Part shown: one piece after another, positions 21,840 to 31,571 of the stretch | Layout: every line of letters starts with the position of its first letter | Numbering within the stretch: position 1 is the first letter of the stretch | Assembly: GCA_026004395.1 (NCBI GenBank) | Contig: BPJB01000001.1 | Span: 841,226 to 905,225, forward strand | Length of the DNA stretch: 64,000 bases | DNA from: Patescibacteria group bacterium | GTDB taxonomy: Bacteria; Patescibacteriota; Microgenomatia; Levybacterales; UBA12049 | Reading direction: 5' to 3' | The notes under the pieces: model-generated | The model's input: only the letters and a program-made list of their open reading frames with translations | The model's database searches: none | What the model was told of the DNA's origin: nothing | Position numbers and translations under genes: made by a program

Positions 21840-22028
21840 ATGACAGGACCACTCACATTCTTTCAGGAAACATACGACGAGTTAAAAAAAGTGACGTGGC
21901 CATCCAAAGAAGAACTTATTCGTTTGACAGTAATTGTCATAACACTTAGCGTGATAGTTGGTATTTATATTGGAGGGATAGACCTGGCGCTCACCAAAAT
22001 AACAGAGACTTTGTTATTAAAAAAGTAA
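21840..22028 (+). CDS. secE: Preprotein translocase subunit SecE
   Basis: 62-aa single-TM protein (ELKKVTWPSKEELIRLTVIVI...) immediately upstream of nusG. Confidence 0.75.
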   Translation: MTGPLTFFQETYDELKKVTWPSKEELIRLTVIVITLSVIVGIYIGGIDLALTKITETLLLKK

Positions 22029-22045
22029 AATTTATATAATTAACC

Positions 22046-22627
22046 ATGGATCAAACGATACACACACCAACAGAAGAAGAGATAAAAAAAGCCTCTCAGT
22101 CACCCGAGGCTAAATGGTATATTATCCATACTTATGCAGGACATGAGAATAAAGTTGCTCGCTCTCTTAAACAGCGCGTTGAAACAATGGGCTTTCAAAC
22201 CCGTATATTTGATATCATTGTCCCAACAAGAAACACAATCAAAGTACATGGTGGCAAAAAGGAAGAGGTCCAAGAAAAAATCTTTCCGGGATACGTTCTT
22301 GTCAAAATGATTTTGGATGATGAATCCTGGCTTCTTGTTAGAACAACTCCAGGAGTCACAGCATTTATTGGTGCAGGCAACAAACCTACTCCCATCTCTG
22401 AAAAAGAAGTTGAAGCAATTCAACAGTTTATGAAGCAAGAAGAGCCATTGTATAAAACATCATTTACAGTTGGAGAGGCAGTCAAAATTATTGATGGTCC
22501 TTTTGCAGATTTCTTGGGCACAATTGAGCATATAGATGATACTCGAGGAAAATTGCGTGTCCTAGTAAGCATCTTTGGTAGAGAGACACCCGTAGAATTA
22601 GATTTTTTGCAAGTTCAGAAAATCTAA
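22046..22627 (+). CDS. nusG: Transcription termination/antitermination factor NusG
   Basis: KWYIIHTYAGHENKV NGN domain and C-terminal KOW (FTVGEAVKIIDGPFADFLGTIE). Confidence 0.9.
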   Translation: MDQTIHTPTEEEIKKASQSPEAKWYIIHTYAGHENKVARSLKQRVETMGFQTRIFDIIVPTRNTIKVHGGKKEEVQEKIFPGYVLVKMILDDESWLLVRTTPGVTAFIGAGNKPTPISEKEVEAIQQFMKQEEPLYKTSFTVGEAVKIIDGPFADFLGTIEHIDDTRGKLRVLVSIFGRETPVELDFLQVQKI

Positions 22628-22740
22628 ATTGTTTTTCTTAAACTTAAGATGAGAGAAATAATTGGATATCTCACTTCATTTAAACTGTGAAGGAAGATAT
22701 AACGCTGAGAAATTAGCATTTAAAGAAAACAAAAGTAACT

Positions 22741-23163
22741 ATGGCAAAAAAAGTAAAAACAATCATCAAACTTAACATCCCAGCAGGAGCAGCAACTCCT
22801 GCTCCACCTGTTGGACCAGCACTTGGTCAACATGGAGTTCCTATTATGGAGTTTGTCAAAGCCTTCAATGATAAAACTGCTGATCAAAAAGGCAATATTC
22901 TTCCTGTTGTGATTACTGTTTATGAGGATAGAACTTTTTCTTTTGTTACCAAAAAACCTCCAGTTGCTGAAATGATTAAAAAACTGATTGGTCGAGGAGG
23001 CGCTCAAAAACCCGGGAGAGAAAAAGCTGGTACACTGACACGAGCACAAGCTGAGGAAATTGCCAAACAAAAAATGGAAGATCTGAACACTGATGATCTT
23101 GAGATGGCAACTCGTATCGTGATGGGAACAGCACGATCAATGGGAATAGAGGTCAAAGAATAA
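22741..23163 (+). CDS. rplK: 50S ribosomal protein L11
   Basis: [33 protein letters not shown]. Confidence 0.9.
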   Translation: MAKKVKTIIKLNIPAGAATPAPPVGPALGQHGVPIMEFVKAFNDKTADQKGNILPVVITVYEDRTFSFVTKKPPVAEMIKKLIGRGGAQKPGREKAGTLTRAQAEEIAKQKMEDLNTDDLEMATRIVMGTARSMGIEVKE

Positions 23164-23233
23164 ATTTTTAAAACAGTGAAGTAAATTTAAATTCAAAAAT
23201 AAAAATTTTAAATAATCTCAAAAGGAGATAATT

Positions 23234-24025
23234 ATGGGCAAAATAAGAATCAAAACAATCGGAGACGAAGAATTGGAAAAACAACAAGCTGAAGAAGCTA
23301 AAAAGCGTAGTGAAACAAAGAGAACTGAATCTGAAGAAGCTAAGGATACTCTAAGTTCTCCAAAAGAAAAAAAGGAAAAGAAAGAAAAATTTAAGAAAAG
23401 AACTAGAGGAGCTTCCCGCTCAAAATCTTATCTTATTAAAGCAGAGCTTGTTGATAAAAATAAAAAATACACTCTTGAAGAGGCTATCAAGCTTCTGCCT
23501 CAACTCAAAAGAGCAAAGTTTGATGAAACTGTGGAATTACATTTTACACTCACTGATGGAAGTATGTCAGGAAGTGTAGTACTACCCCACGGAACAGGCA
23601 AACAAATAAAGGTTGCTATTGCAGATGGTAAAAATCCTCAAGAGCTTGATGCGCTAATTAAAAAAATTGAAAGTGGCAATATTGATTTTGATATATTAGT
23701 AGCAACACCGGATGCAATGCCACGACTGGCACGCGTTGCACGCATCTTAGGACCCAAAGGACTTATGCCCAATCCTAAAGCAGGAACTGTAACTACTAAA
23801 CCAGAAGAGGTAGCACAAAAATATCAAGGCGGACAAATCAATTTCAAAACTGAAGCAAAATTTCCTCTCTTGCATATTGCAGTGGGTAAAGTATCATTTG
23901 GAGAAGAAAAAATCAAAGAAAATATCATGGCAATTTTGAAAAGTATTGATCATAAAAAGATCAAAAACGCAACACTTAAAAGTACGATGAGTCCTGCAAT
24001 CCCTCTTGACATAGCATCTTTATAG
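23234..24025 (+). CDS. rplA: 50S ribosomal protein L1 with a ~60-aa Lys/Glu-rich N-terminal extension
   Basis: The L1 core begins near residue 63 (SKSYLIKAELVDKNKKYTLEEAIKLL...DILVATPDAMPRLARVARILGPKGLMPNPKAGTVT); residues 1-60 are low-complexity KE-rich. Confidence 0.85.
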   Translation: MGKIRIKTIGDEELEKQQAEEAKKRSETKRTESEEAKDTLSSPKEKKEKKEKFKKRTRGASRSKSYLIKAELVDKNKKYTLEEAIKLLPQLKRAKFDETVELHFTLTDGSMSGSVVLPHGTGKQIKVAIADGKNPQELDALIKKIESGNIDFDILVATPDAMPRLARVARILGPKGLMPNPKAGTVTTKPEEVAQKYQGGQINFKTEAKFPLLHIAVGKVSFGEEKIKENIMAILKSIDHKKIKNATLKSTMSPAIPLDIASL

Positions 24026-24120
24026 AAGATAAAAAGTTAAAAAAAATAAATTTGAATCTTCTGCAGATCTCAAAAGGTTAATTAATAAGTAAAAAATCTT
24101 TATCTTCTTCATAGATAATT

Positions 24121-25365
24121 ATGCTTAACTGGCAAACATGTTTTTCTCAAATCTTTTATCTTTGGAAAAAACCTTATACTATAAATAATAGAACTATGAT
24201 CTTCAATCAAGTAAAAAAATTTTTGCTATTACAAGGATCTGGCGAAATTTATATTATCTTTATATTAGGATTGACAATGATTGCTGCAGCTCTAATCTCA
24301 GGGGGAATTGAAGAAAAAAAGGATTATCCAACAAAAACAAAACCGACTTCACGCATTACTGGGATACCAGCAAATGACAATCCAGACACTTATGAACTAG
24401 ATGTAAGTGAAGATCAAAAAAAACAAGCAACTCCTTCTCCTCTACTAACTCCTTTAGCATCAGAGAGTGCTCTAGCAGACCTTGCTGTACCCTCACTTAG
24501 GCTAACGGATATCAATGGTAATGAAAAGACTATTTTTGATCCAGGTGAGCGCATATATCCAAAAGTAACATTTACAAACCAAGGGACAAAACGTATTTAC
24601 TCAAGTACAGGCTTTATTTTTAGCCAAATCTATGCCCATCAACCCCAACCGGCAACGCAAGGACAAAAATCAGATGTAAAAATATGGATGAAAAACGGAC
24701 TTTATGCTGCAGGATCAACTAAAACATATGAGGCTCGACCCAACGGAATTAATGATTGGTTCTTTAGAGAAAATCATTTTTGGACTCTCTCTACTCCCGG
24801 TACTTACACTGCTCGAGCATATATTAATTATGACCACGACGGAATTGAGAGTGATTACACCAATAATCAAACAACCATTACCTACCGAATTACTAATAAA
24901 CCAACTCCCACGCCAACCGCTAAACCAACACAGACAACTAACACTCAATCCAGTGGTGTTGGGAATATCAATACACCACCTAATGGAAATACCTGCGGAA
25001 AATATAGTCTTAATAATCCAATAGGAAAAAACTTTGGCGATCCAAACTGCAACTTTACCAAAGATAAACTTTATTCATGGCTTAAAACGCAGGATGCAGC
25101 TAATGCTGATTACTGGTTTTATACCGTAATTCCCTGTGAAGCTCCAGGTTATAATCCCAACACTTATTACCGCTGTGGAGCAGCAGGCTGCACACCAGAT
25201 CCTGCGGGTGCATGGGGACTTTTTCAAATGGGCAGAGGTAGGAATGGTCCGTATGATCATGGAGATGTCAACTGGCCAGCACAGGTTATCAATGCTACTA
25301 CGTATAGACGCAATCTTGGCTGGCATGGATGGACATATTGGGCTTGTGCAAAATCACGTTGGTAA
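24121..25365 (+). CDS. Membrane-anchored secreted muralytic protein: CARDB-like beta-sandwich, PT linker, C-terminal Rpf/transglycosylase-like lysozyme-fold domain (likely start at 24196)
   Basis: Signal anchor IIFILGLTMIAAALISGG. The C-terminus (PCEAPGYNPNTYYRCGAAGC...WGLFQMGRG...GWHGWTYWAC) parallels the Rpf domain (ECESGGNW...YGGVQF...GWGAWPLC). Confidence 0.5.
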   Translation: MLNWQTCFSQIFYLWKKPYTINNRTMIFNQVKKFLLLQGSGEIYIIFILGLTMIAAALISGGIEEKKDYPTKTKPTSRITGIPANDNPDTYELDVSEDQKKQATPSPLLTPLASESALADLAVPSLRLTDINGNEKTIFDPGERIYPKVTFTNQGTKRIYSSTGFIFSQIYAHQPQPATQGQKSDVKIWMKNGLYAAGSTKTYEARPNGINDWFFRENHFWTLSTPGTYTARAYINYDHDGIESDYTNNQTTITYRITNKPTPTPTAKPTQTTNTQSSGVGNINTPPNGNTCGKYSLNNPIGKNFGDPNCNFTKDKLYSWLKTQDAANADYWFYTVIPCEAPGYNPNTYYRCGAAGCTPDPAGAWGLFQMGRGRNGPYDHGDVNWPAQVINATTYRRNLGWHGWTYWACAKSRW

Positions 25366-25376
25366 TATAATCAGAG

Positions 25377-25928
25377 GTGAAACCTCTAAAATTAGTCATG
25401 AATCTATTATTGAATATTAGAAACAAACTAACCAATATTAATCCGGGCATAATTATTGTCATACTTTTTTTACTAACATCAGGACTGCTTGCACTAACTT
25501 TCATTAAAAAAGAAACTCCGCAGAAAGAGACGCCATCTCCCTCTGCTACTCCTACTATTACACCAACTGTGGAAAAATTCAGTTACCTGCCGGAAGAGAC
25601 AGATCGCATGCTTGAATATGTAAAAAAAGAATTACCCCTTTCTCAAGCGGATACAACTATCAGACGTCGCCTTATCGCTGAGGTGAATAATGAAAGCGGT
25701 GTACTCTACGAAACACAAGACTTCATTATAGAGTACGTTAAAACACCCGACGTATTTATGGTGGGGGTAAAGTCAGAAAATATTGAAAATGCAAGAAAAG
25801 ATGCAACAGAGTGGTTTCTCAAGCAAGGTATAAGTAATGAGGGCATCTGTCGTCTCCCTGTTGTGTTCTATCCTCAGTTCGTTCCTCTTAAGAAAACTCC
25901 CTTCAATCCCTTGCCAATCGGATGTTAA
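25377..25928 (+). CDS. Hypothetical membrane-anchored protein with PT-rich linker
   Basis: Single N-terminal TM, PSPSATPTITPT linker, ~110-aa C-terminal domain with no recognised motif. Confidence 0.4.
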   Translation: MKPLKLVMNLLLNIRNKLTNINPGIIIVILFLLTSGLLALTFIKKETPQKETPSPSATPTITPTVEKFSYLPEETDRMLEYVKKELPLSQADTTIRRRLIAEVNNESGVLYETQDFIIEYVKTPDVFMVGVKSENIENARKDATEWFLKQGISNEGICRLPVVFYPQFVPLKKTPFNPLPIGC

Positions 25929-26002
25929 TCCTCTAGATTTTACGCATCAGATAAGCTATACTATAGCTAAATTGGTATTTATTTTAAAAATAGAATAATA
26001 GA

Positions 26003-26644
26003 ATGCGCAATTCTTTTGAACATCCTTCTTTTTATCCTGAAAAACTTGAATTAATTCAAAAGGCACCTCTTATTGGTAAATTTCTATCAATAGATCATAT
26101 TGGACAAATGCTAGATACATCTGATAAGTATCTCCAATCTATCCTTTCTCAGATATCTACCAACAAAGATACTTTCTCTCTCTTAGCTTCATCTCTTGCA
26201 GCAATGGGAGTACACCTCGATCTCCTCAACAGAGAATCTCCCGGTGATGAGTTGATCCTGACAACGACATCTCTACTCATAATCGGGTATCATGTCAGAG
26301 AACAACAACTTCCTTGTTTTAAGATCTTTGATATCTTTCAAGAAGATTTTAGAAAAAAATTACAAGAACTGCGTCTTACCTCACCTGATACTCGTCTTTT
26401 TTCAGATAAGTCTGATCAACTTGATGCCTGGATTGGTAATGCTCTTGGTGTAGGAAGCAGACTAAAACAAATCTTTACCCAAAACAACGATCAAACGATT
26501 CTGTCTCAAAGAGATACGAACAAAGATCTCTCTCATACCCTGTATCCCAAAGAAGAATATCTAAATGGAGAAGAACCCCCTGAGATTCCTCAAGCATTTC
26601 AAAAATTTCTAGCAACTCTTAATCTTGATGATTTTAATAAATAA
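26003..26644 (+). CDS. Hypothetical cytoplasmic protein (213 aa)
   Basis: Long ORF with coding-like composition; no recognisable motifs. Confidence 0.4.
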   Translation: MRNSFEHPSFYPEKLELIQKAPLIGKFLSIDHIGQMLDTSDKYLQSILSQISTNKDTFSLLASSLAAMGVHLDLLNRESPGDELILTTTSLLIIGYHVREQQLPCFKIFDIFQEDFRKKLQELRLTSPDTRLFSDKSDQLDAWIGNALGVGSRLKQIFTQNNDQTILSQRDTNKDLSHTLYPKEEYLNGEEPPEIPQAFQKFLATLNLDDFNK

Positions 26645-26810
26645 ATATACATTTTGAAGTTAAAAAAATTAAAGTTGGAGATACACATCCTCTAAGAGTA
26701 GATTCTTTGACAAAAATAAATTTGTAATATGTAATATATTATAATATAATAATATTTAATTTTTTAATAAAAATTTTATAATTTTATAATTTTATAATTT
26801 TTATTAATCT

Positions 26811-28139
26811 ATGTTTTCCGAGTCTGTATTTTCAGAATCATCTAAAAATATAAAAGAAAACACTGCCCCACAGCCGGCTTTCGATACCCCATTTGTCACT
26901 ATAAACTTCATCTCTACCAATCCAGAAGGCATTGAAGTAGCAACGCGTTATGTCCAAAGACGCAGTGAAGGCTTTGATTCACTTCCTCTCACTGATGAGC
27001 AAAAAGACGCCGCAAAACAAGAAATGCGAAATGAAGTTGCTTTTGTCCTAAAAAGAAAAGGTCTTTTCACAGAGGAAATGAAAAATGAAAAAGATCCTGA
27101 AAGACGCTGGGAGTTAATGCGTAAAGCAATAAAAGACAATAATATTGATTTGACTAGGGAGATGGCATACAAACTAGCTATTAGAAATCAAGAACTTATA
27201 GGAGATACGCTTCTTGTAGATGCAAAGTCTATACCATATCCAATGTACACTATTGGTAGCAGTCCAGATCAGAGCAAAGAAAGTCAGGAATTCACCTCAA
27301 TTGCTGCTGTTGCCGGTGCTTTGGTTACTAAAGATGGAAAGCTTATCATTCAGATGCGATCGGGTAATCGCCTTTTTGATCAAGTCTTAGGAGCAAGCGC
27401 TGCGGGGATGTTTGATAGTGAACATCTAAGAATTAATCTTGGTAAAGATCCCGCAACTGGTCAGACTAACTACCTTAAAGGATATCCGCAGCCAATTAAT
27501 ACAGATACTGTTAAAGGAAAATTTCTTGAGGAGGCATATCAAGAAATTGCTGTAAGATCAGATGATATTGCAAATCTAAGAATATTAGGTACAGCTTTAG
27601 ATCATACATTTGTACATGATGAATTTCTGCTTCTTGGTGAACTAAATCTTACATCAAGTGAACTTGAGGAACGCGCATTATCAGCTCCACGCAGCAAACG
27701 TAAAGAAGGTGATTTTCATTTTGAGGAAAAATTTGTTTTTATAGATGCAACACCTGATGCAATTAAAAAGCTTCTTACTGAAGTTAAAAATCCGCTTCCT
27801 CCTACGCATTTAGCTGCTTTTGTAGCTGCAGGTTATACATTGATCCTTGATGAAGGCCGAGGGAAAGAGGGATACAATAGAGAAGCTAATCTAAAGAAAG
27901 CTGAAGAATGGAAGAAAGAAGTTGAGGAAGGAGTGAGACGCAACTACTCTGAAATCAATAGAATGGTAAAAGAAAATACCTTGCGCAAGAATGGTATTAC
28001 AAATCCAGAAAATATTGCTCGGGTGATTGACTCAGTAGCCGGTTATGACCCTAAAATTCCTGCAACACAGCAAGGCTTACCTGAAATGCTCTCTGAACTT
28101 TATAGGTGTGGATTGATTACAGAGAAACATCATGCATGA
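26811..28139 (+). CDS. Hypothetical protein (442 aa), translationally coupled to the downstream HAD phosphatase
   Basis: 8-nt overlap with the next gene; no confident domain call; an AT-rich promoter-like region with ttttataa x3 lies upstream. Confidence 0.45.
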   Translation: MFSESVFSESSKNIKENTAPQPAFDTPFVTINFISTNPEGIEVATRYVQRRSEGFDSLPLTDEQKDAAKQEMRNEVAFVLKRKGLFTEEMKNEKDPERRWELMRKAIKDNNIDLTREMAYKLAIRNQELIGDTLLVDAKSIPYPMYTIGSSPDQSKESQEFTSIAAVAGALVTKDGKLIIQMRSGNRLFDQVLGASAAGMFDSEHLRINLGKDPATGQTNYLKGYPQPINTDTVKGKFLEEAYQEIAVRSDDIANLRILGTALDHTFVHDEFLLLGELNLTSSELEERALSAPRSKRKEGDFHFEEKFVFIDATPDAIKKLLTEVKNPLPPTHLAAFVAAGYTLILDEGRGKEGYNREANLKKAEEWKKEVEEGVRRNYSEINRMVKENTLRKNGITNPENIARVIDSVAGYDPKIPATQQGLPEMLSELYRCGLITEKHHA

Positions 28140-29067
28140 ATCTCTTACAACACCTGAATCAGTGTTACGATCAGTTCAACGGATGTACATCTTCGATGTA
28201 GATGGACCAATTGTTGAGCCAACATCTGAGACTATTACTCATCCTGAGATCCTCAGTAATATCATTGATGAGCTAAGTGCTGACCGACCAGTTGCATTGA
28301 TTACTGGCCGTGGAATAGACTGGTTGATTAACGGAAAAGAATATACGCACAGCAGCATCCTCTCTGGAGTTGTTGGGTTGATTGAACAACAAATAAATGA
28401 TAAATCCGTACTTGATAATTTTTTTGTATCAGCAGAGTTTGGCGGATGCACGATTACTTATCGCGATGGTGAAAGGATAGTCCATATTCATGAAACCACC
28501 TCTCTTCCTCAACATCTTCTTCAAAAAGCTGAACAATTGATCCAAGAAAAATACTCTGAGACGATGATGGTTGAACCAAAGCTTACTCATTTTACTGCTA
28601 AAATCGAGTCTGTAGATGAGTTAGCTAAACGAGGTAAAACATTTGTTGATTTCAAAAATGAACAAAATAAACTAGTCAAAGATTTAGAAGCACTTCTTAA
28701 ACAAGAAGGACTTTCTAATCAACTTGAGATACATCAAGATAGAATAGCTACAAACATTAGATATAAAAACATTAACAAGTCATTTGCAACAAAGGAAGTC
28801 CTCAGATGGCTGCGTGAAAAAAGAATCGATCCACAACTTTTTGTAGTGTTTGGTGATAGTAGAGGTGATTTTGAAATTTCAGATGCTCTTGCATCTGACT
28901 CTGAAATTCAAGAAAGAAAAAGAAAAATAAAGGTAGTTTATTTAGGATCAGAAAACCAAATAAGAGAAATTATAGACTCACATCCGCAGTATGAGATTGA
29001 GATCCGTCATCACGACGATCTCACGCAAGGTACAGCAGATTTTCTCCAAGAACAAAAATTAAGTTAA
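28132..29067 (+). CDS. HAD-superfamily (subfamily IIB-like) phosphatase
   Basis: Motif I FDVDGPIVEP, motif II LITGRG, motif IV VVFGDSRGDFE. Confidence 0.6.
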   Translation: MHESLTTPESVLRSVQRMYIFDVDGPIVEPTSETITHPEILSNIIDELSADRPVALITGRGIDWLINGKEYTHSSILSGVVGLIEQQINDKSVLDNFFVSAEFGGCTITYRDGERIVHIHETTSLPQHLLQKAEQLIQEKYSETMMVEPKLTHFTAKIESVDELAKRGKTFVDFKNEQNKLVKDLEALLKQEGLSNQLEIHQDRIATNIRYKNINKSFATKEVLRWLREKRIDPQLFVVFGDSRGDFEISDALASDSEIQERKRKIKVVYLGSENQIREIIDSHPQYEIEIRHHDDLTQGTADFLQEQKLS

Positions 29068-29241
29068 CAAACAATCTAAATCACGCGAATTATCTCTTGA
29101 CAACTTAAAATCACAGCCATATAATCCCCTTATGCTGCGATTTTCTCTTAAACTCAATCTTATTACCAAGACCATCCTCTACTCTGTAAGTGAGAGGAGA
29201 TTGGTATAGGAAAAGAGCCAGCAAAAATAATTTTCAAAACC

Positions 29242-29266
29242 AATCTCCTCGCAAGAGGAGATTTTT
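29242..29266 (+). terminator. Rho-independent terminator-like hairpin
   Basis: AATCTCCTC-GCAA-GAGGAGATT perfect 9-bp stem followed by TTTCG; the same GAGGAGATTGG half-site recurs at ~29203. Confidence 0.5.
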
Positions 29267-29449
29267 CGTATATGGCCACTAATTCTAAAGTAATATTGCT
29301 AATACAACAAAAAAAACTCTACATATTGATTCACTCTTTCTTGACAAAAATCAAGCCTGGTGATAATCTCGTGAATAAAAAAAATTAGAAAATGTAAGCC
29401 AATAATTGGCTTTTAAATAAGAGGAAAATATTAAAAAAAACAAAACATT

Positions 29450-30469
29450 ATGGAACATAAAATACACGACCCACTAACAGCTATACTTCTTGATCCTGAA
29501 TTCCATAGAGCAGTAGAAGAAAACAGAGCTGCTGAATTTATTGCTAAAAGATTGGGTGTTACACCTGAAGAAGCTTCTCGCATGACTGACGGAAGAACAA
29601 AAACAAATTCTCCCTCCCCTCAGTCAGACGAAAAAGCCAACCCTGCCCAAAAAGAAGCTATTCAAATAGCATCTAACTCCTCAGAACTACAAAATACTCC
29701 TTCTTTTGAAGATTACTGGACGCGTGTAAGAGGAGGTGTAGGAGACGTTGTGCCGCTAAACTTTGCCAGAGCGCATGAAGAATACCCACAAAATTACCAA
29801 CAATCAGAGAAAAGAGCTAGAGAAAAATATCAGATAGGAGAGCAACCTCATTATTACTCTCAAACCTCATCTAAAGATACCAGGATATTGCAAGCAGAAG
29901 GAATGCAAAATCAATCTCTCCTGCGAAAAAATCCTTCTACCTCAAAGGATATCATTTACTACACCCCACCTCAAAGACGTGCTGGATTGTTATTAACAGG
30001 TGGATTACTAATCGGTATCGTTGCAGGCGCAACAGGAGTCATTTTTACAAAAGACACATTAGATCCCACAAAAACTTCTAATTTACCTTCTGGGCAGTCA
30101 CCCTATACCTACTCTTCTAGTGGTCCTCTGGAACATGGTAGAAATACAACTGAGGAAAATAAAAAAATGTTAGAAGCAATGTCAACAATGGTAATTAATG
30201 TTGCAGAAGAAGTAGATAAAAGACTTAATCCTTCTCCTACACCAACAAGTACTCCAAATCCTATACCTACGCCTACACCTGATCTTGCACAACAAACTTC
30301 ATTCTGCACAACTCCTGAGCCTGGAAAACTCTGCCGCATTCCCCCTCCTCCTCCACCCACCCCTACACCCTATCCCTCATGTGAAAAAATGAATGAGCTT
30401 AGGCCGGGAGACTGGTGTGTCTGGCCAACTGCGGATCCTCGTGGACCGTACGCTGCTTCTTTTGAATGA
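29450..30469 (+). CDS. Hypothetical single-pass membrane protein with Pro/Thr-rich and poly-Pro C-terminal region
   Basis: TM GLLLTGGLLIGIVAGATGVIF; PSPTPTSTPNPIPTPTPDL and PPPPPPTPTPYP tracts; Cys-containing C-terminal tail. Confidence 0.45.
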   Translation: MEHKIHDPLTAILLDPEFHRAVEENRAAEFIAKRLGVTPEEASRMTDGRTKTNSPSPQSDEKANPAQKEAIQIASNSSELQNTPSFEDYWTRVRGGVGDVVPLNFARAHEEYPQNYQQSEKRAREKYQIGEQPHYYSQTSSKDTRILQAEGMQNQSLLRKNPSTSKDIIYYTPPQRRAGLLLTGGLLIGIVAGATGVIFTKDTLDPTKTSNLPSGQSPYTYSSSGPLEHGRNTTEENKKMLEAMSTMVINVAEEVDKRLNPSPTPTSTPNPIPTPTPDLAQQTSFCTTPEPGKLCRIPPPPPPTPTPYPSCEKMNELRPGDWCVWPTADPRGPYAASFE

Positions 30470-30738
30470 AAAACTAAAATATCAGCTTAAATAATACAAG
30501 GATTAATTATTATGATTATTAGTTGCTTCAATAGAATAAATATTAATCATCAAGATTATTAAATTAAAATTATTTTAAACACATTCTCAACTACTGTTAA
30601 ATTAATGCATGTAGGACAATTTTTACACCTTTATAATTTATCTTTATTCTAAATCTTTTGTCAGAATATTAAATTCGATAAATTAAAAAAACGATAAAAC
30701 TTACTCTAATTTATCTTAATTAATTTCATTACTAATCA

Positions 30739-30790
30739 AAATCACAAAATACCGCTCGAGTGTGAATTTGTGATTTGCTCTTACAATTCT
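30739..30790. repeat. REP-like palindromic element, copy 2 (between convergent gene ends; likely bidirectional terminator)
   Basis: Identical to copy 1 over 52 nt (hairpin 30741..30774, CTCGAG at 30755..30760). Confidence 0.85.
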
Positions 30791-30825
30791 AAAATGATTC
30801 CCGAATAAAGAATAACTATAGATTT

Positions 30826-31494
30826 TTAAGCTAAGCCAAAATAAGTTTTGTAAGCTGCGTCATCTTCAATTTTCTCCACCAAAAGATACTTCAAATACCT
30901 TCCTACTCCATAATATTCACGTAAAAATTCTATTTCATCGTAACAAGGATAGGGAATTAGATAGACACTTTCTTGTATTGATAAAAATCCCAGATTTTTA
31001 AGTATGTGCGATAAAAGCTCTTGCAGCCGTTTTTGCTGTTGAGGAATATCATACATAACAACTCTCCATTTACCATCCCATCTATGAGGTTTTTTAATTA
31101 TTAACTCTTCAAGAGCATAGGTGAGAATTCTTTTTCTACCATCTTTTGTGATGATGATTGTCTGTTTGCCGTTGACATACTTTCTTTGAATTAGTTTTTG
31201 TTTTTCAAGCCTCTTAAGTGTTTGACGCAGATAACCATGGTTAAATTTCTTCCATTGTTCCCATTCGTTATTATTCTTTTCCAAAGATTTTGCCATGAGA
31301 AATGCTGCACGTGGGGCAAAAAATGCTGCTGGAATTAAAATTCCCATTCCCAGGAATGTAAGCACTGTCTTAATTTGAGCATAACGCTTTCTACCATCTT
31401 CGTGGCTAATTCTTTGATATAATAAACGAGCTATTTTTTCAATTTGTGCATCTGACGGAATTCTATCTATCATAAGTGAAAATAATAAAATCAA
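30826..31494 (-). CDS. PaaX-like architecture: hydrophobic segment, winged-HTH, C-terminal Cas2/VapD-like domain; bracketed by REP-like repeats
   Basis: wHTH-like LRQTLKRLEKQKLIQRKYVNGKQTIIITKDGRKRIL. C-terminal WRVVMYDIPQQQKRLQELLSHILKNLGFLSIQESVYLI fits the Cas2/VapD beta-alpha-beta signature (V-V-x-YD[IV]...R-L...G...[IV]Q-x-SV[YF]). Confidence 0.4.
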   Translation of the reverse strand: MILLFSLMIDRIPSDAQIEKIARLLYQRISHEDGRKRYAQIKTVLTFLGMGILIPAAFFAPRAAFLMAKSLEKNNNEWEQWKKFNHGYLRQTLKRLEKQKLIQRKYVNGKQTIIITKDGRKRILTYALEELIIKKPHRWDGKWRVVMYDIPQQQKRLQELLSHILKNLGFLSIQESVYLIPYPCYDEIEFLREYYGVGRYLKYLLVEKIEDDAAYKTYFGLA

Positions 31495-31571
31495 ACCTCT
31501 TATTTATCCTAACATAAAAAAATAATAAATAAATAATTAATGTTAAATTAATAGCATTATAACCTATAGTC

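Noticed and set aside
26741-26810. Tandem ttttataa x3 and at-rich microrepeats; considered as a CRISPR or iteron array
   Set aside because: Only 3 short units with no spacers, inside an AT-rich promoter region. No CRISPR-like repeat-spacer architecture was seen anywhere in the window.
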